DNA of 63,911 nt, the filler included, from Octopus bimaculoides (lineage: Eukaryota), in NCBI RefSeq assembly GCF_001194135.2. It is 7 parts of 5 records of this genome, joined end to end, with 100 filler letters (N's around TTAATTAATTAA, not from the genome) between each part and the next. Parts side by side here need not be neighbours in the genome. Positions count along the whole stretch, not along the records: positions 62,757 to 63,911 come from NW_026434021.1; 6 more parts are not named here. One strand, written 5' to 3'. This document shows positions 62,944-63,911 of this stretch, one piece after another. The position numbers and the translations under genes were made by a program. Every line of letters begins with the position of its first letter. Within the stretch, counting starts at the first letter, position 1. The notes beneath the pieces are model-generated. The model was not told the DNA's origin. It saw only the letters and a program-made list of their open reading frames with translations, and ran no database searches.

Positions 62944-63861
62944 AATTTATTAATGAGGGTAGAAATTGATATTAATCAATTAAAACCAGTGGTCTAGCAT
63001 ATTAAAAAAAATCCGAAGATTAAAATTATATTACATACAAAAATAAGAGGAATGACCAGCAAAAGTGGACTCCTATATGCTAGAAATAGATGCCGAATCA
63101 TCTAACCACGAAAAAAAATATATGTTCTCAGTAAAAATTCAGCGACACAACATATTGTAAAAGGGCAAGACAAATGAAAAAATACTAAATAAAAAAACTT
63201 TTTCATTCGTCTTGCCCTTTTACAATCTGTTGTGTCGCTGAATTTTTACTGAGAACATATATTTTTTTTCGTGGTTAGATGATTCGGCATCTATTTCTAG
63301 CATATAGGAGTCCACTTTTGCTGGTCATTCCTCTTATTTTTGTATGTAATATAATTTTAATCTTCGGATTTTTTTTAATATGCTAGACCTCTGATTTTAA
63401 TTGATTAATATCAATTTCTACTCTCATTAATAAATTTTATATAATAATGTTCTCATACCGGTAAATTAGCTGCAAAAATTTATTAACTGCAGAATTATTT
63501 CCGGACTTAGCGCGCCAGATTGAAGACATTTGAAATGATACACTGAATGTAATTTGTAGGACTCTACACGTGTTCCCTTTCCGGTGGACGTCTTGTGTCT
63601 AGTTCTGGAAATTGCATTGCGAATCGACCGACTACGCTGACGACCCTGCAGATATTTACTTATGTAAATTTTAACAGGTGAAACCATGGTACGTAGGTTA
63701 ATCGGTTTTTTATTTAGTATCTTTTCATTTGTCTTGCCCTTTTACAATCTGTTGTGTCGCTGAATTTTTACTGAGAACATATATTTTTTTTCGTGGTTAG
63801 ATGATTCCGCATCTATTTCTAGAATATAGTAGTCCACTTTTGCTGGTCATTCCTCTTATTT
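62944..63861. mobile_element. Unclassified repeat with inverted plus direct terminal units
   Basis: 62944-63198 is the reverse complement of 63199-63437; third partial direct copy 63705-63861. Confidence 0.7.
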
Positions 63862-63911
63862 TATATATATATATATATGTATATATGTATATAAGTATAT
63901 ATATATATATA

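Overview
AT-rich, microsatellite-dense eukaryotic scaffold with no recognisable intact host gene. The repeat families and simple-repeat load suggest a coleoid cephalopod, probably Octopus (inference, not a database hit). Six identical 100-bp N44-TTAATTAATTAA-N44 spacers show it is a stitched pseudomolecule, so adjacency across them is not guaranteed. Almost everything interpretable is mobile-element derived: a Gypsy-type LTR plus gag start (1-478, minus), a probable second LTR, RTE, CR1-like and R4/Dong-like LINE relics, mariner and hAT transposase relics, piggyBac/hAT/Tc1 MITEs with TSDs, and at least four tRNA-headed SINE families. The most interesting signal, read by eye, is a set of type I hammerhead ribozyme motifs in at least five unrelated Penelope-like (PLE) repeat families. 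These are: a tandem pair behind a tRNA-like Pol III cassette in a PLE end with an inverted arm (14.6-15.5 kb); a four-copy family carrying U at core position 6; a U3:A8 variant; and a potentially monomeric canonical motif (40274-40335). Several fold-back elements, a CpG-poor to CpG-richer switch near 40 kb and some unverified exon candidates are also reported. Boundaries of decayed elements are approximate.
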